This document shows positions 17,521 through 25,710 of a stretch of 47,359 bases of DNA, in pieces. Position 1 is the first letter of the stretch. Each line of letters begins with the position of its first letter. The stretch covers positions 1-47,359 of IMG/VR virus record IMGVR_UViG_3300030376_007240. The stretch is one strand, 5' to 3'. The notes beneath the pieces were generated by a model, which had not been told where the DNA came from, did no database searches, and saw only the letters and a list, made by a program, of their open reading frames with translations. This DNA comes from a virus (taxonomy: Duplodnaviria > Caudoviricetes). The position numbers were made by a program, and so were the translations under genes.

Positions 17521-17548
17521 TTGACATTTATATAAAAATACCTATATT
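17521..17548 (+). promoter_or_regulatory. Sigma70-type early promoter
   Basis: TTGACA - 16 nt - TATATT ahead of a run of small plus-strand ORFs. Confidence 0.6.
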
Positions 17549-17573
17549 AAAACCCATAGAAAGGCAGAATGTT

Positions 17574-17753
17574 ATGCAATTAAATGAACTATCAATTGAG
17601 AAATTGAAACAACTAAAAGAAAACCTAATAAAAGAGATAGATAGAAGAACTATCAAAGTTCCTGAAAAGGAAGATGATAATTTAACTTACTCTCTCAAAA
17701 GAATGGACATTAAAAACTCATACTTTAGTAGAGCAACCGGGGACGATAAGTAA
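17574..17753 (+). CDS. 59-aa hypothetical protein
   Basis: Hand translation MQLNELSIEKLKQLKENLIKEIDRR...RATGDDK; AAAGG SD. Confidence 0.6.
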   Translation: MQLNELSIEKLKQLKENLIKEIDRRTIKVPEKEDDNLTYSLKRMDIKNSYFSRATGDDK

Positions 17754-17759
17754 ATACTT

Positions 17760-17993
17760 ATGGATATAACAGTCAGGATTACGAAACGAGCAGATAATTC
17801 TTCAAAATCTCATACATTTATAGGGGACAAAAAAGATATACTGCCCGACATTCGTGCTCTTATTCAAAAGAACAAAAACGAGGCCATAGTAGTCATATCC
17901 GAAGATGGTAATAAAGATCTTACCTTCAAAGAACTCTTCGAAGAAGATAAATGGTGGGATAGAATACCTCACGGGCCTAGTATGGGAGACTAG
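17760..17993 (+). CDS. Hypothetical protein
   Basis: ORF track; packed operon. Confidence 0.6.
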   Translation: MDITVRITKRADNSSKSHTFIGDKKDILPDIRALIQKNKNEAIVVISEDGNKDLTFKELFEEDKWWDRIPHGPSMGD

Positions 17994-17994
17994 A

Positions 17995-18210
17995 ATGGAA
18001 GAAAAGATAATAGAATTTAAGAAAAAAAAGAAACGTCCTGTCATAAAAGAAGATTCTTTTGTAGCAAGACTACCCTACCCTTTAACAATTCACGCATTGG
18101 TGGATGTAGTAGAGAGAATGGGAGTGGAGCATGAAGGAACAGTATTGCCGGGTCTTAAATTTATAGAAAGAACAGTAGTAAAAAAAGAAATGGAGAAAGA
18201 CGATGATTAA
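17995..18210 (+). CDS. Hypothetical protein (start moved from 17905 to 17995)
   Basis: GGAG SD ahead of ATG 17995, just after the upstream stop. Confidence 0.6.
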   Translation: MEEKIIEFKKKKKRPVIKEDSFVARLPYPLTIHALVDVVERMGVEHEGTVLPGLKFIERTVVKKEMEKDDD

Positions 18211-18460
18211 TTATGATGGTATTCGTGATTATTGCGAAAATGAACTAAGAGAAGTTCAAACAGATAACTTATACTTTGGTAAGGACAGAGGTTCAATTTA
18301 CTGGGTGCCGGGTGCTGAAGCTTGGTGTTATTTGTGTGGAGAGAAAACAGAGTGGGGACAAGCTGACGAGCTGCTTGCATATATGGACGACGACATATTA
18401 GAAAACTATTACTGGATACATAAAGAGGGAATTGACGAATATATAAAGGAGCAAGAATAA
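18203..18460 (+). CDS. Acidic hypothetical protein
   Basis: ORF track; GGAG SD. Confidence 0.6.
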   Translation: MINYDGIRDYCENELREVQTDNLYFGKDRGSIYWVPGAEAWCYLCGEKTEWGQADELLAYMDDDILENYYWIHKEGIDEYIKEQE

Positions 18461-18648
18461 TGGAAAAGATAATAATACTTTTTAATCTTTGCCTACCAAA
18501 CGACGGAGCCATAGAATGTATCTTTATTGAAGAAGAGATAAAGAACCAACAGATGTGCGAACAAAAAGTAGAACAGCTGGAGCATGAATTTTCAGATTTA
18601 CTAGAAGTTCATCATTTCAGTGTAAAATGTGAAAAGGTGGAAGCATGA
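18460..18648 (+). CDS. Small four-cysteine protein
   Basis: AAGGAG SD; hydrophobic start then four spaced Cys. Confidence 0.6.
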   Translation: MEKIIILFNLCLPNDGAIECIFIEEEIKNQQMCEQKVEQLEHEFSDLLEVHHFSVKCEKVEA

Positions 18649-18743
18649 AATATACATACGATCATATTATAAAAATTTTAAAACAACGATTCGGTTGGAC
18701 GAAGATACCACTGTATCAGTCAAAGGATAAAGAAAATGTATAA
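18645..18743 (+). CDS. 32-aa peptide
   Basis: Hand translation MKYTYDHIIKILKQRFGWTKIPLYQSKDKENV; ATGA overlap; bridges the gap between neighbours. Confidence 0.5.
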   Translation: MKYTYDHIIKILKQRFGWTKIPLYQSKDKENV

Positions 18744-19374
18744 ATATTTAGAAATACCAGGGTGGTTTAATATGCACGACGCATATATGAACATAGTAAA
18801 GTATGTAGATGATGGGCAAGATGTAGTTGAGATTGGTTGTTTTGCCGGTAGATCTACAAGATTTTTGTGTGACTCACTAAAATCTGTCGGAAAAAACAAT
18901 GTCAAAGTTCATGTCATTGATACTTTTGAGGGCTCTGGAATGGAGCACGCAGAAGTAAATTGTAATACCATGTATGACGATTTCATGAGGAATTTAGACG
19001 ATCATATACAATCGGGAATGGTTCAAGTAAACGTGAATAAGTCAGATAATCAAAATATCCTTGATTCTTTTGAGGATAAATCAGTAGCTGCCGTCATTGT
19101 AGATGGAGCCCACACTGTGGAAGTAGTGGAAGATGACGTCACAAATTGGTGGCCTAAAATAATCGAAGGTGGCATTATGGTCGGTGATGATATACGATTA
19201 GACTCTGTGCGACAGGGCGCTTTTAAAGCTTTTGAAAAACATGGAATTAAAGATGTGTCGATTATTATGGGAGAAGAAGGTTGGTTTGCAAAGATAAAAC
19301 ACTCGCAAGCAAATCAATTGGAGGGACAATTAAAGTTAATCCCAGGTCACAACTCTATGAGGTTAAATGGCTAG
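18736..19374 (+). CDS. Class I SAM-dependent methyltransferase (Methyltransf_24-like)
   Basis: VVEIGCFAGRS, IDTFEG, VDGAH, GGIMVGDD motifs. Confidence 0.85.
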   Translation: MYKYLEIPGWFNMHDAYMNIVKYVDDGQDVVEIGCFAGRSTRFLCDSLKSVGKNNVKVHVIDTFEGSGMEHAEVNCNTMYDDFMRNLDDHIQSGMVQVNVNKSDNQNILDSFEDKSVAAVIVDGAHTVEVVEDDVTNWWPKIIEGGIMVGDDIRLDSVRQGAFKAFEKHGIKDVSIIMGEEGWFAKIKHSQANQLEGQLKLIPGHNSMRLNG

Positions 19375-19586
19375 ATGCCTATGAAATGGAATCGGGGTGG
19401 CAAACTCTTGAAGACGCACTCAAGATTACGCCCCCCGAAGTCACTTCTGTTGGCTACCTTCTTAAAGAAACGAAAGAATACATTATCTTGGCAGCAGATA
19501 TTGGATCAGATAAAATGGATAACGACGTCGGGCGGGTGACCGTGATCCCCGGGCAGTGGGTCGTTGAGATAAAAATAATAATATGA
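19281..19586 (+). CDS. Conserved small phage protein; start uncertain
   Basis: V.WLDA...GW...SVGYL...IP pattern. Confidence 0.6.
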   Translation: MVCKDKTLASKSIGGTIKVNPRSQLYEVKWLDAYEMESGWQTLEDALKITPPEVTSVGYLLKETKEYIILAADIGSDKMDNDVGRVTVIPGQWVVEIKIII

Positions 19587-20416
19587 AAAAAAATTTAAGA
19601 GTTCTTTCGCTAGGAGCAGGAGTTCAATCCAGTGCTCTAGCATTAATGATTGAGAAGGGAGAGATTCCTATGGTTGATTGCGCTATATTCGCAGATACTG
19701 GAGCGGAGCCACAAAAAGTTTATGAATGGTTAGAGTACATTACCTCTCAAGTTTCTTATCCTGTTCATATAGTTCAGTGGAGAAATTTAAAAGAAGATTT
19801 GTATGCTGCAGCTAAAGGAGAGTACAAAGGGTTTACCGCACCGTTTCACACTCGCAATAGAGAAACAGGTAAAAAGGGAATATTAATGAGACAGTGCACT
19901 CATGACTATAAAATTATGCCTGTGATAAGAAAAATTAGAGAGCTGCTCGGTCTAAAAAAAGGACAAAAGGTTAAGCCGGGAATGCATGTTGAACAAATTA
20001 TGGGAATATCCTGGGACGAGATTCAAAGACAAAAAATTAATCGGCTTCCTTACATTACAAACATTTATCCTTTAATTGAAACACAGATGAGAAGACACAA
20101 CTGTATTAATTGGATGGAGAAAAATGGATACCCAAGACCTCCTCGAAGTGCTTGTACTTTCTGTCCGTTTAGATCAAATGTAGAATGGAAAGCCATACAA
20201 GAAAACCCAAAAGAATGGGCAGAGGTTCTAGAAATGGACGAAATGATTAGAGATCAAGAGAAGTTTAAAAAAAATAAAGATGGATCAAAGAAATTTAATG
20301 ATGATCTTTTTTTACACAAATCAGCAAAACCTTTAAAAGATGTAGACCTTCGCAGTGCCGAGGAAAAGGGACAATACTCTCTGCTCGACGAATGTGAAGG
20401 AATGTGTGGAATCTAA
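19583..20416 (+). CDS. PP-loop adenine-nucleotide alpha-hydrolase / PAPS-reductase-like protein
   Basis: SLGAGVQSS, IFADTGAE, RQCT..YKI, SACTFCP, C-terminal ECEGMC. Confidence 0.8.
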   Translation: MKKNLRVLSLGAGVQSSALALMIEKGEIPMVDCAIFADTGAEPQKVYEWLEYITSQVSYPVHIVQWRNLKEDLYAAAKGEYKGFTAPFHTRNRETGKKGILMRQCTHDYKIMPVIRKIRELLGLKKGQKVKPGMHVEQIMGISWDEIQRQKINRLPYITNIYPLIETQMRRHNCINWMEKNGYPRPPRSACTFCPFRSNVEWKAIQENPKEWAEVLEMDEMIRDQEKFKKNKDGSKKFNDDLFLHKSAKPLKDVDLRSAEEKGQYSLLDECEGMCGI

Positions 20417-20467
20417 AAAGTCAAGAAATTTATTTAAATTTTACTGTAGATATTGACTTGTAAACTT

Positions 20468-20476
20468 TGATATAAT
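20468..20476 (+). promoter_or_regulatory. Extended -10 promoter element
   Basis: TGATATAAT (TGnTATAAT) 10 nt upstream of ATG 20487. Confidence 0.5.
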
Positions 20477-20486
20477 AAAAGTTCTC

Positions 20487-20666
20487 ATGAAAAAATTTGA
20501 ACTAAATCATCAATCTTTGACTCCTAGTGAACTTAGAAATTTCTATATAGCTTCATTACAAAATCAATTATCAATCGAAAGAGGCAAGGACAAGTGTCTC
20601 TGTGGCGAGGATGAGCCTGCAAAAAAAGAAAGAAAACAAGAATCTAATCTAGCTGTGGGCGGTTAA
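20487..20666 (+). CDS. 59-aa hypothetical protein, possibly near-leaderless
   Basis: Hand translation MKKFELNHQSLTPSELRNFY...CLCGEDEPAKKERKQESNLAVGG; no SD. Confidence 0.5.
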   Translation: MKKFELNHQSLTPSELRNFYIASLQNQLSIERGKDKCLCGEDEPAKKERKQESNLAVGG

Positions 20667-20868
20667 TATTCGGCTCAATTAGAAAAGCTTTTTCTAGCAT
20701 TGAGTCTACTTGACTGAGCATATTATCCCAATCATCTGCTAAATACCCACTTATATTCCCGTCGTTGAAAGTCACTAAGACTTTATCAACTGTATCTTTC
20801 AATACCGGATCGTACATTCGTTGTCTTTGGACAGCGAGGACGATTTTTGTTTTTATATCGTTCAACAT
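20644..20868 (-). CDS. Hypothetical protein
   Basis: ORF track; AGGA SD. Confidence 0.6.
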   Translation of the reverse strand: MLNDIKTKIVLAVQRQRMYDPVLKDTVDKVLVTFNDGNISGYLADDWDNMLSQVDSMLEKAFLIEPNINRPQLD

Positions 20869-20888
20869 ATTGTTGTCCTATTTGTAAA

Positions 20889-21183
20889 AGCGGGAGATCG
20901 AAACAGGGTAAACACTCCCGCTCTTATGGATATTTATATAGTTTTTGTGGATAAAATGATACAAGAAAGTCAAGTAAATTTTTAAACCGAGGGGCATGAA
21001 AAGGATAGGAGATTTATACCCCTCGGTCGTTCTTGCGAGAGCAAGATAGATCTCATCCATCTGCTTGGGAGGTAGACTTTAGAGATATTACTGATTCTCG
21101 CTATCAGTAATCAAGAGGAGAGATCAACTATGAAAATAAGTCTTGTGCGGAGACTATGACCTCTCCTCCTCATTACTGAGGAG
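20889..21183 (-). ncRNA. Cluster of six stem-loops; candidate small RNA(s)
   Basis: Stems 20889-96/20915-22, 20986-94/21019-27, 21031-36/21041-46, 21087-95/21103-11, 21115-22/21161-68, 21166-72/21177-83. Strand inferred from flanking genes. Confidence 0.5.
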
Positions 21184-21186
21184 CAG

Positions 21187-21342
21187 CTATACTGCTTTCC
21201 TGTTTTCTTTCTTCCATTCTTTCTCAACTAACTGTGAAACAATACCTGAAATCTTTCTATCGGCTCCAGCTAATTCTTTCAATTTTGCGTGAGTTTCTAC
21301 CCTCACAATAATAGATTTGTATTTAGTAGTATCTGTCATCAT
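21187..21342 (-). CDS. Small ribbon-helix-helix-like DNA-binding protein
   Basis: Hand translation MMTDTTKYKSIIVRVETHAKLKELAGADRKISGIVSQLVEKEWKKENRKAV; strand-helix-helix pattern; ATGA overlap. Confidence 0.65.
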   Translation of the reverse strand: MMTDTTKYKSIIVRVETHAKLKELAGADRKISGIVSQLVEKEWKKENRKAV

Positions 21343-21557
21343 TTATCCCCTCTGACATAATCATCAACAATACTTAAAAAATCTTCGGCCTCTGTCTTCA
21401 ACAAATAAAAATCTCTTTCTTTGTGTTCTTTCTTTAGTTGATAAAAGCCGGGCATCTCTGCCGCTGCTTCTATAGCCATAACAGCTTCCTCAATTTTTGC
21501 GTAAAGATCTGTAAGTTCAATTTGTTTTTCTAAAAAAAATGCTCCTGTTTTACTCAT
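21339..21557 (-). CDS. Hypothetical protein
   Basis: AAAGG SD; TTGACA promoter candidate at 21610-21615. Confidence 0.65.
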   Translation of the reverse strand: MSKTGAFFLEKQIELTDLYAKIEEAVMAIEAAAEMPGFYQLKKEHKERDFYLLKTEAEDFLSIVDDYVRGDK

Positions 21558-21603
21558 CGTTTGCCTTTCTATTTATATATGTAATAATATATAATATCTC
21601 CTA

Positions 21604-22092
21604 CTAAATTGTCAAGCTATTTGGTAGCTCAAATTCTTCTACAATAGAATTTTTTGCAGCTATCATTAAAGGCTCTGTGGGTAGATTACAATCTTTATAC
21701 CCTTGTTTAATAGTTAGAAAATACCCTTGAGAAGGAGGATAAATTCCATGCTTATCCACCATACTGTAAAACATTATTCTTTGTGGCAAAAACTTATTCA
21801 TATCGTCATGCCATTTGTTGACATACTTTTTCGTGTAAAGATGAGGATATCCTTCGTAGACATCCAACGACTTTTCACAATCATCTGTGATTTCAAATAA
21901 TGCCCCGGTCACATAACTATCTTTAGATTGTTGCACATCTGCAACACTTCTAAATACTAATTCATACCCAGGTAATGTGTATGTTTCTATAAACTTTGCT
22001 TTCGGACATCTAAACTTCATGTGCTCGTGATTCATGTTTGAACCATACGCAAAGTAATATTTTACTTCTTTTTCTTGCTTTCTATCAGCCAT
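21604..22092 (-). CDS. Gamma-glutamylcyclotransferase (AIG2-like) family protein
   Basis: YFAYGSNM, V.GALFEI, LDVYEGYP..Y, PS..Y...I..GY motifs. Confidence 0.9.
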   Translation of the reverse strand: MADRKQEKEVKYYFAYGSNMNHEHMKFRCPKAKFIETYTLPGYELVFRSVADVQQSKDSYVTGALFEITDDCEKSLDVYEGYPHLYTKKYVNKWHDDMNKFLPQRIMFYSMVDKHGIYPPSQGYFLTIKQGYKDCNLPTEPLMIAAKNSIVEEFELPNSLTI

Positions 22093-23525
22093 TCTTTTAA
22101 CGTTTCTCCTAATGATTGTGAGGCTAAGTCAATCTTATTACGCAAACTATTTACGATATTTTCATCGACTGTCTTCTCACAAATTATATCTATATAGGTC
22201 ACATTATTCTTTTGACCTATTCTGTGTGCTCTATCTTCTGATTGTATTCTTTTCTCTAAATCATAATTGTTTGAGAAATAAACAACAGTGCTAGCAGCTG
22301 TCAGTGTTAATCCATAGCCACCTGTTTGTTGATTAGCTATGAAAAATCGTACAGGACTTTTGTCATCCTGAAAATTCTTTACAATATCTTGCCTGTCTTG
22401 ATCTTTAGTATCCCCAAAGTAAGTGACCACAGTTTCTTCACCATACTTCTTTGACAATGTATCTCTGATATCAAATATGCTTTGCCTGTAATTTGCCCAG
22501 ATAATAACTTTACCCTCTGTTTCTTCGAGGACATTGAGCAGTTCGTCCATACGATTGTTCTTCAAAGGAACGTTCGGTTGGCCGTCGTCCGTGGGCAGAT
22601 AACCGCAAGTAATCTGATGAAGTCGAAGCAACATGGTCATGGTATTATTAACTGTTAGGGTCTGTCCTTCGAGCTGCGCAATAGCAAATGTCGCTAGATC
22701 ATTATACGCTTTCTCCTGTTCTTTACTGAGTTCAATGTACCGGGGAGAATAAATCTTTGAAGGTAAGTCTAGACAATCCTCTTTCAATACTCGAAAAGAA
22801 AAGAATGCGAGCTTGCGAGATAGTTCATCTAAGTTTCTAAATCCTACAATGTGTGGGAAGGCATGAGTAGAAGTATGTCGCTTCACTTCAATAGCGTATC
22901 TCGCTTTGTAGGCGTAGTAAGAACTAAACCCTAGCAAGTCTTCATCAAGAAAAGAACATTGAGAATATAAATCCATAGGATTTTTAGTGACGGGAGACCC
23001 GGTCAATATTCTTCTATACTTAGCAAACCTAGATGCTTTAATAATATTTTTTGTGCGTCCTGCACTTTGCGTTTTGATTGTGGTGCTTTCATCCACAGCA
23101 AGTAAACTGTTTGTTGCATTTAAGTATCTAGATAAAAAATCTGCTGCAGGCTTACTCGATAACGCTTCGACGTTCATCAAGAAAATATCTAAGCCGTCAA
23201 AACTTTCAGATAACTTTTCAATATTTTTTTTATCTTCTTTCGTTCTAGAACTCGGAGCAACCCAAGTTGTAATTCTTGTCTTGATGTGCTCAGGTAAATG
23301 TGCAGGTATTTCTAATCTTTCCCAATTGCGATACACACCTTTCGGAGCTATCACTACAGCTGAATTAATTTTTCCTTGATCATAGAGCATAGCAATATTA
23401 TCAATCAATACTTTTGATTTGCCTGTCCCCATTTCCATGAAGTATGCAAAATTTGTTTTGTCCCAACTACAACCTAATGCCTGTAGTTGATGCGTAAACG
23501 GTGTCGTCTTAAAATTCGGATACAT
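22062..23525 (-). CDS. SNF2-family (SF2) helicase/ATPase
   Basis: MEMGTGKS, VDES, LTGSP, GGYGLTLT, QSEDRAHRIGQ. Confidence 0.92.
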   Translation of the reverse strand: MYPNFKTTPFTHQLQALGCSWDKTNFAYFMEMGTGKSKVLIDNIAMLYDQGKINSAVVIAPKGVYRNWERLEIPAHLPEHIKTRITTWVAPSSRTKEDKKNIEKLSESFDGLDIFLMNVEALSSKPAADFLSRYLNATNSLLAVDESTTIKTQSAGRTKNIIKASRFAKYRRILTGSPVTKNPMDLYSQCSFLDEDLLGFSSYYAYKARYAIEVKRHTSTHAFPHIVGFRNLDELSRKLAFFSFRVLKEDCLDLPSKIYSPRYIELSKEQEKAYNDLATFAIAQLEGQTLTVNNTMTMLLRLHQITCGYLPTDDGQPNVPLKNNRMDELLNVLEETEGKVIIWANYRQSIFDIRDTLSKKYGEETVVTYFGDTKDQDRQDIVKNFQDDKSPVRFFIANQQTGGYGLTLTAASTVVYFSNNYDLEKRIQSEDRAHRIGQKNNVTYIDIICEKTVDENIVNSLRNKIDLASQSLGETLKEWLIESKKKK

Positions 23526-23562
23526 GTGTTTTAAACTTTCTAAGTTCTTTATATAGTATAAC

Positions 23563-23769
23563 CTATAAAGTTGTCAAGTCTTTTGAAACACAAAAAGAAG
23601 TCATATGTAAATCAGGCGTAGCTATAGAAGAGTAAAGATCCTTAGCAGCTTCTCTACATTCTATTAGAGAATCAAAGGTATACTTGAATTGTTCTTCAAC
23701 ACAGGTCCGATCTAACGAAATTGTTTGATCATTTATACACATCCAAATTAACATAAAATATTTCATCAT
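23563..23769 (-). CDS. Small four-cysteine protein
   Basis: ORF track; hydrophobic start then four spaced Cys. Confidence 0.55.
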   Translation of the reverse strand: MMKYFMLIWMCINDQTISLDRTCVEEQFKYTFDSLIECREAAKDLYSSIATPDLHMTSFCVSKDLTTL

Positions 23770-23816
23770 TGAAATATTATAGGAAATAATCTATAGATAA
23801 TAGATATAATTATAGA

Positions 23817-24803
23817 ATGTTAAAACACTTAGATTTATTTAGTGGTATAGGTGGATTTAGTTTAGGATTAGAATCTGCAGGCCTCGTTGAAACAGTAGCT
23901 TTCTGTGACTATGAAAAGTTTTGTCAACAGGTCTTAAAAAAACATTGGCCACAAGTTCCAATCTATGGTGACGTAAAGGAGCTAACACATGAACGACTCA
24001 AAGCAGATGGAATTAATCACATCGACATCATCACAGGAGGATATCCTTGCCAACCTTTCTCCGTCGCAGGTAGCCAAAAAGGTGAGCAAGATCCGAGACA
24101 CGTCTGGCCAGAAATGTTTAGACTTATCCAAGAACTCAGGCCTTCTTTCGTCATTGGAGAAAATGTTAGTGGACACATTAAACTCGGTTTGGACACAGTG
24201 CTCGAGAACTTGGAGAGTGAAGGCTACACCGCAAGGACGTTTAGTATTTCAGCTGCTAGCATCGGTGCCAACCACAAAAGAGAACGAGTCTGGACCTTGG
24301 CCTACTCCAACGACAAAGGGATACGGGCACGCTTCGGAAGGTCAAACTATGATTATGAGAAAAAAGGTAGAGGCTGGAGTTTTGACAGAGGAAGAAGCGA
24401 AAGCGATGATGAATGGAGTGACTCTTCGACCACCAAGACTGAAGCCTTGGATGTGGCCGACTCCCCGGGTAAAGGGGGACGAGAACCTGGACACTTTGAT
24501 AAAGAGAAAAGGAATACAGAAAGCAGTGCAACACAATCTCAAAGCAGCAGTTCAGATGTGGCCGACACCAACAGCAAACGAAGACGCTTGTGGGAAACCG
24601 GGAGCGAAGATGCAGAAGATGTTGGGCAATCATCCCGAGGTCAGGAAACCCTTGGATGGTGGGACGTTGAACCCGACGTGGGTAGAGTGGGTCATGGGAT
24701 ACCCCAAAGGGTGGACAGACTTAAAGGACTAGGTAATGCAGTCGTACCGCAGATACCTTTTTTAATAGGATTAACAATAAGAGAAATGATAGAAAATGAA
24801 TAA
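23817..24803 (+). CDS. C5 cytosine DNA methyltransferase (motifs I-VIII and X; alpha-type subunit)
   Basis: DLFSGIGG, GYPCQPFS, ENV, HKRER, LGNAVVP; no canonical motif IX in this frame. Confidence 0.92.
   Translation: MLKHLDLFSGIGGFSLGLESAGLVETVAFCDYEKFCQQVLKKHWPQVPIYGDVKELTHERLKADGINHIDIITGGYPCQPFSVAGSQKGEQDPRHVWPEMFRLIQELRPSFVIGENVSGHIKLGLDTVLENLESEGYTARTFSISAASIGANHKRERVWTLAYSNDKGIRARFGRSNYDYEKKGRGWSFDRGRSESDDEWSDSSTTKTEALDVADSPGKGGREPGHFDKEKRNTESSATQSQSSSSDVADTNSKRRRLWETGSEDAEDVGQSSRGQETLGWWDVEPDVGRVGHGIPQRVDRLKGLGNAVVPQIPFLIGLTIREMIENE
23989..24732 (+). CDS. Nested +1-frame ORF; putative beta subunit of the methyltransferase with WPTP repeats and a motif IX-like end
   Basis: AAGGAG SD ahead of ATG 23989; 247 open codons; three WPTP repeats; LNPTWVEWVMGYPKGWTD. 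Confidence 0.7.
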   Translation: MNDSKQMELITSTSSQEDILANLSPSQVAKKVSKIRDTSGQKCLDLSKNSGLLSSLEKMLVDTLNSVWTQCSRTWRVKATPQGRLVFQLLASVPTTKENESGPWPTPTTKGYGHASEGQTMIMRKKVEAGVLTEEEAKAMMNGVTLRPPRLKPWMWPTPRVKGDENLDTLIKRKGIQKAVQHNLKAAVQMWPTPTANEDACGKPGAKMQKMLGNHPEVRKPLDGGTLNPTWVEWVMGYPKGWTDLKD

Positions 24804-25116
24804 AGTATACGTGACTACAAATACGAAACTAGCAAACGGAGCGTTTAGAGATATTTCAGATTGTGAAAGATTTGGTAAACCTATTGTAATGTTTGAGAAT
24901 CCTAGACAAATTCAAGTTAATTCGTCTAGATTTATATTTTTATGTGAACAAAAGTTAAAAGATTTTACATCAGAAGACTTTTTATTATTGATGGGAGACC
25001 CTGTATTAATAGGGATTATTTGTTCAGTAGCTACAAAAAAAACAAATAATAAATATAAGGTCTTGAAATGGGACAGGGAAACTGCTATATATATTCCTAT
25101 AACTATAGAATTATAA
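24796..25116 (+). CDS. Conserved phage protein of unknown function
   Basis: DFLLLMGDP...LKWDR motif; upstream of the replication genes. Confidence 0.65.
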   Translation: MNKVYVTTNTKLANGAFRDISDCERFGKPIVMFENPRQIQVNSSRFIFLCEQKLKDFTSEDFLLLMGDPVLIGIICSVATKKTNNKYKVLKWDRETAIYIPITIEL

Positions 25117-25129
25117 AGAGGTAAAAAAT

Positions 25130-25693
25130 ATGGGTCTATTAGACAAAGCTTACGAACAATCAAAGATTAATTCTTTAGATAGTTCAGATGTAAAAGATCT
25201 TGGCGAAGCTTGTAATGAACTTGATAATGTTCGACAAGCGAAAGCAGACAAAGCAGCTGAGATAAAAAAATTAGAAGACAGAGAGTTTCAATTAGAAAAT
25301 GAAATTATCCCTTCTATGATTGAGAGCGCAGGTGTTAAATCTTTAACACTCACTGATGGCTCAAAAGTTTCGATCAGAGATCAACTACGTGCAAACATCA
25401 CAATGGAAAACGAAGACTATTGTTTTTCTAGACTTAAAGAAATGGGTCTTGATGATGTTATTAAGAACGAAGTCAAGTTGACCTTTGGCCGTGGACAAGA
25501 TTCCGATGCAACTAATCTTATGGGCGAGCTACAAGATCGTGGTTTATATCCTAGTAATAAAAAAGGTGTTGCGTGGAATACACTCTCCAAGCTAGTAGAG
25601 GAACAGATATCTAAAGGTTCGATGACATCTGTTGATCAAGAAAAGTTTGGGGTTTACACTTTTAAAAAAGTGAAGATCGAACGAAAGAAATAA
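25130..25693 (+). CDS. Conserved replication-module protein of unknown function
   Basis: GAGGT SD; coiled-coil then IP.M...G, IKNEV..FGRG.D, NTL motifs. Confidence 0.65.
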   Translation: MGLLDKAYEQSKINSLDSSDVKDLGEACNELDNVRQAKADKAAEIKKLEDREFQLENEIIPSMIESAGVKSLTLTDGSKVSIRDQLRANITMENEDYCFSRLKEMGLDDVIKNEVKLTFGRGQDSDATNLMGELQDRGLYPSNKKGVAWNTLSKLVEEQISKGSMTSVDQEKFGVYTFKKVKIERKK

Positions 25694-25710
25694 TAAAGGA
25701 CAAATAAAAA

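Noticed and set aside
20878-21060. 60-aa minus-strand ORF through the hairpin cluster
   Set aside because: No convincing SD and it crosses several strong stems; a non-coding interpretation fits better.
23982-24633. Minus-strand ORFs within the methyltransferase
   Set aside because: By-product of stop-codon depletion in a GC-richer dual-coded region; no motifs.
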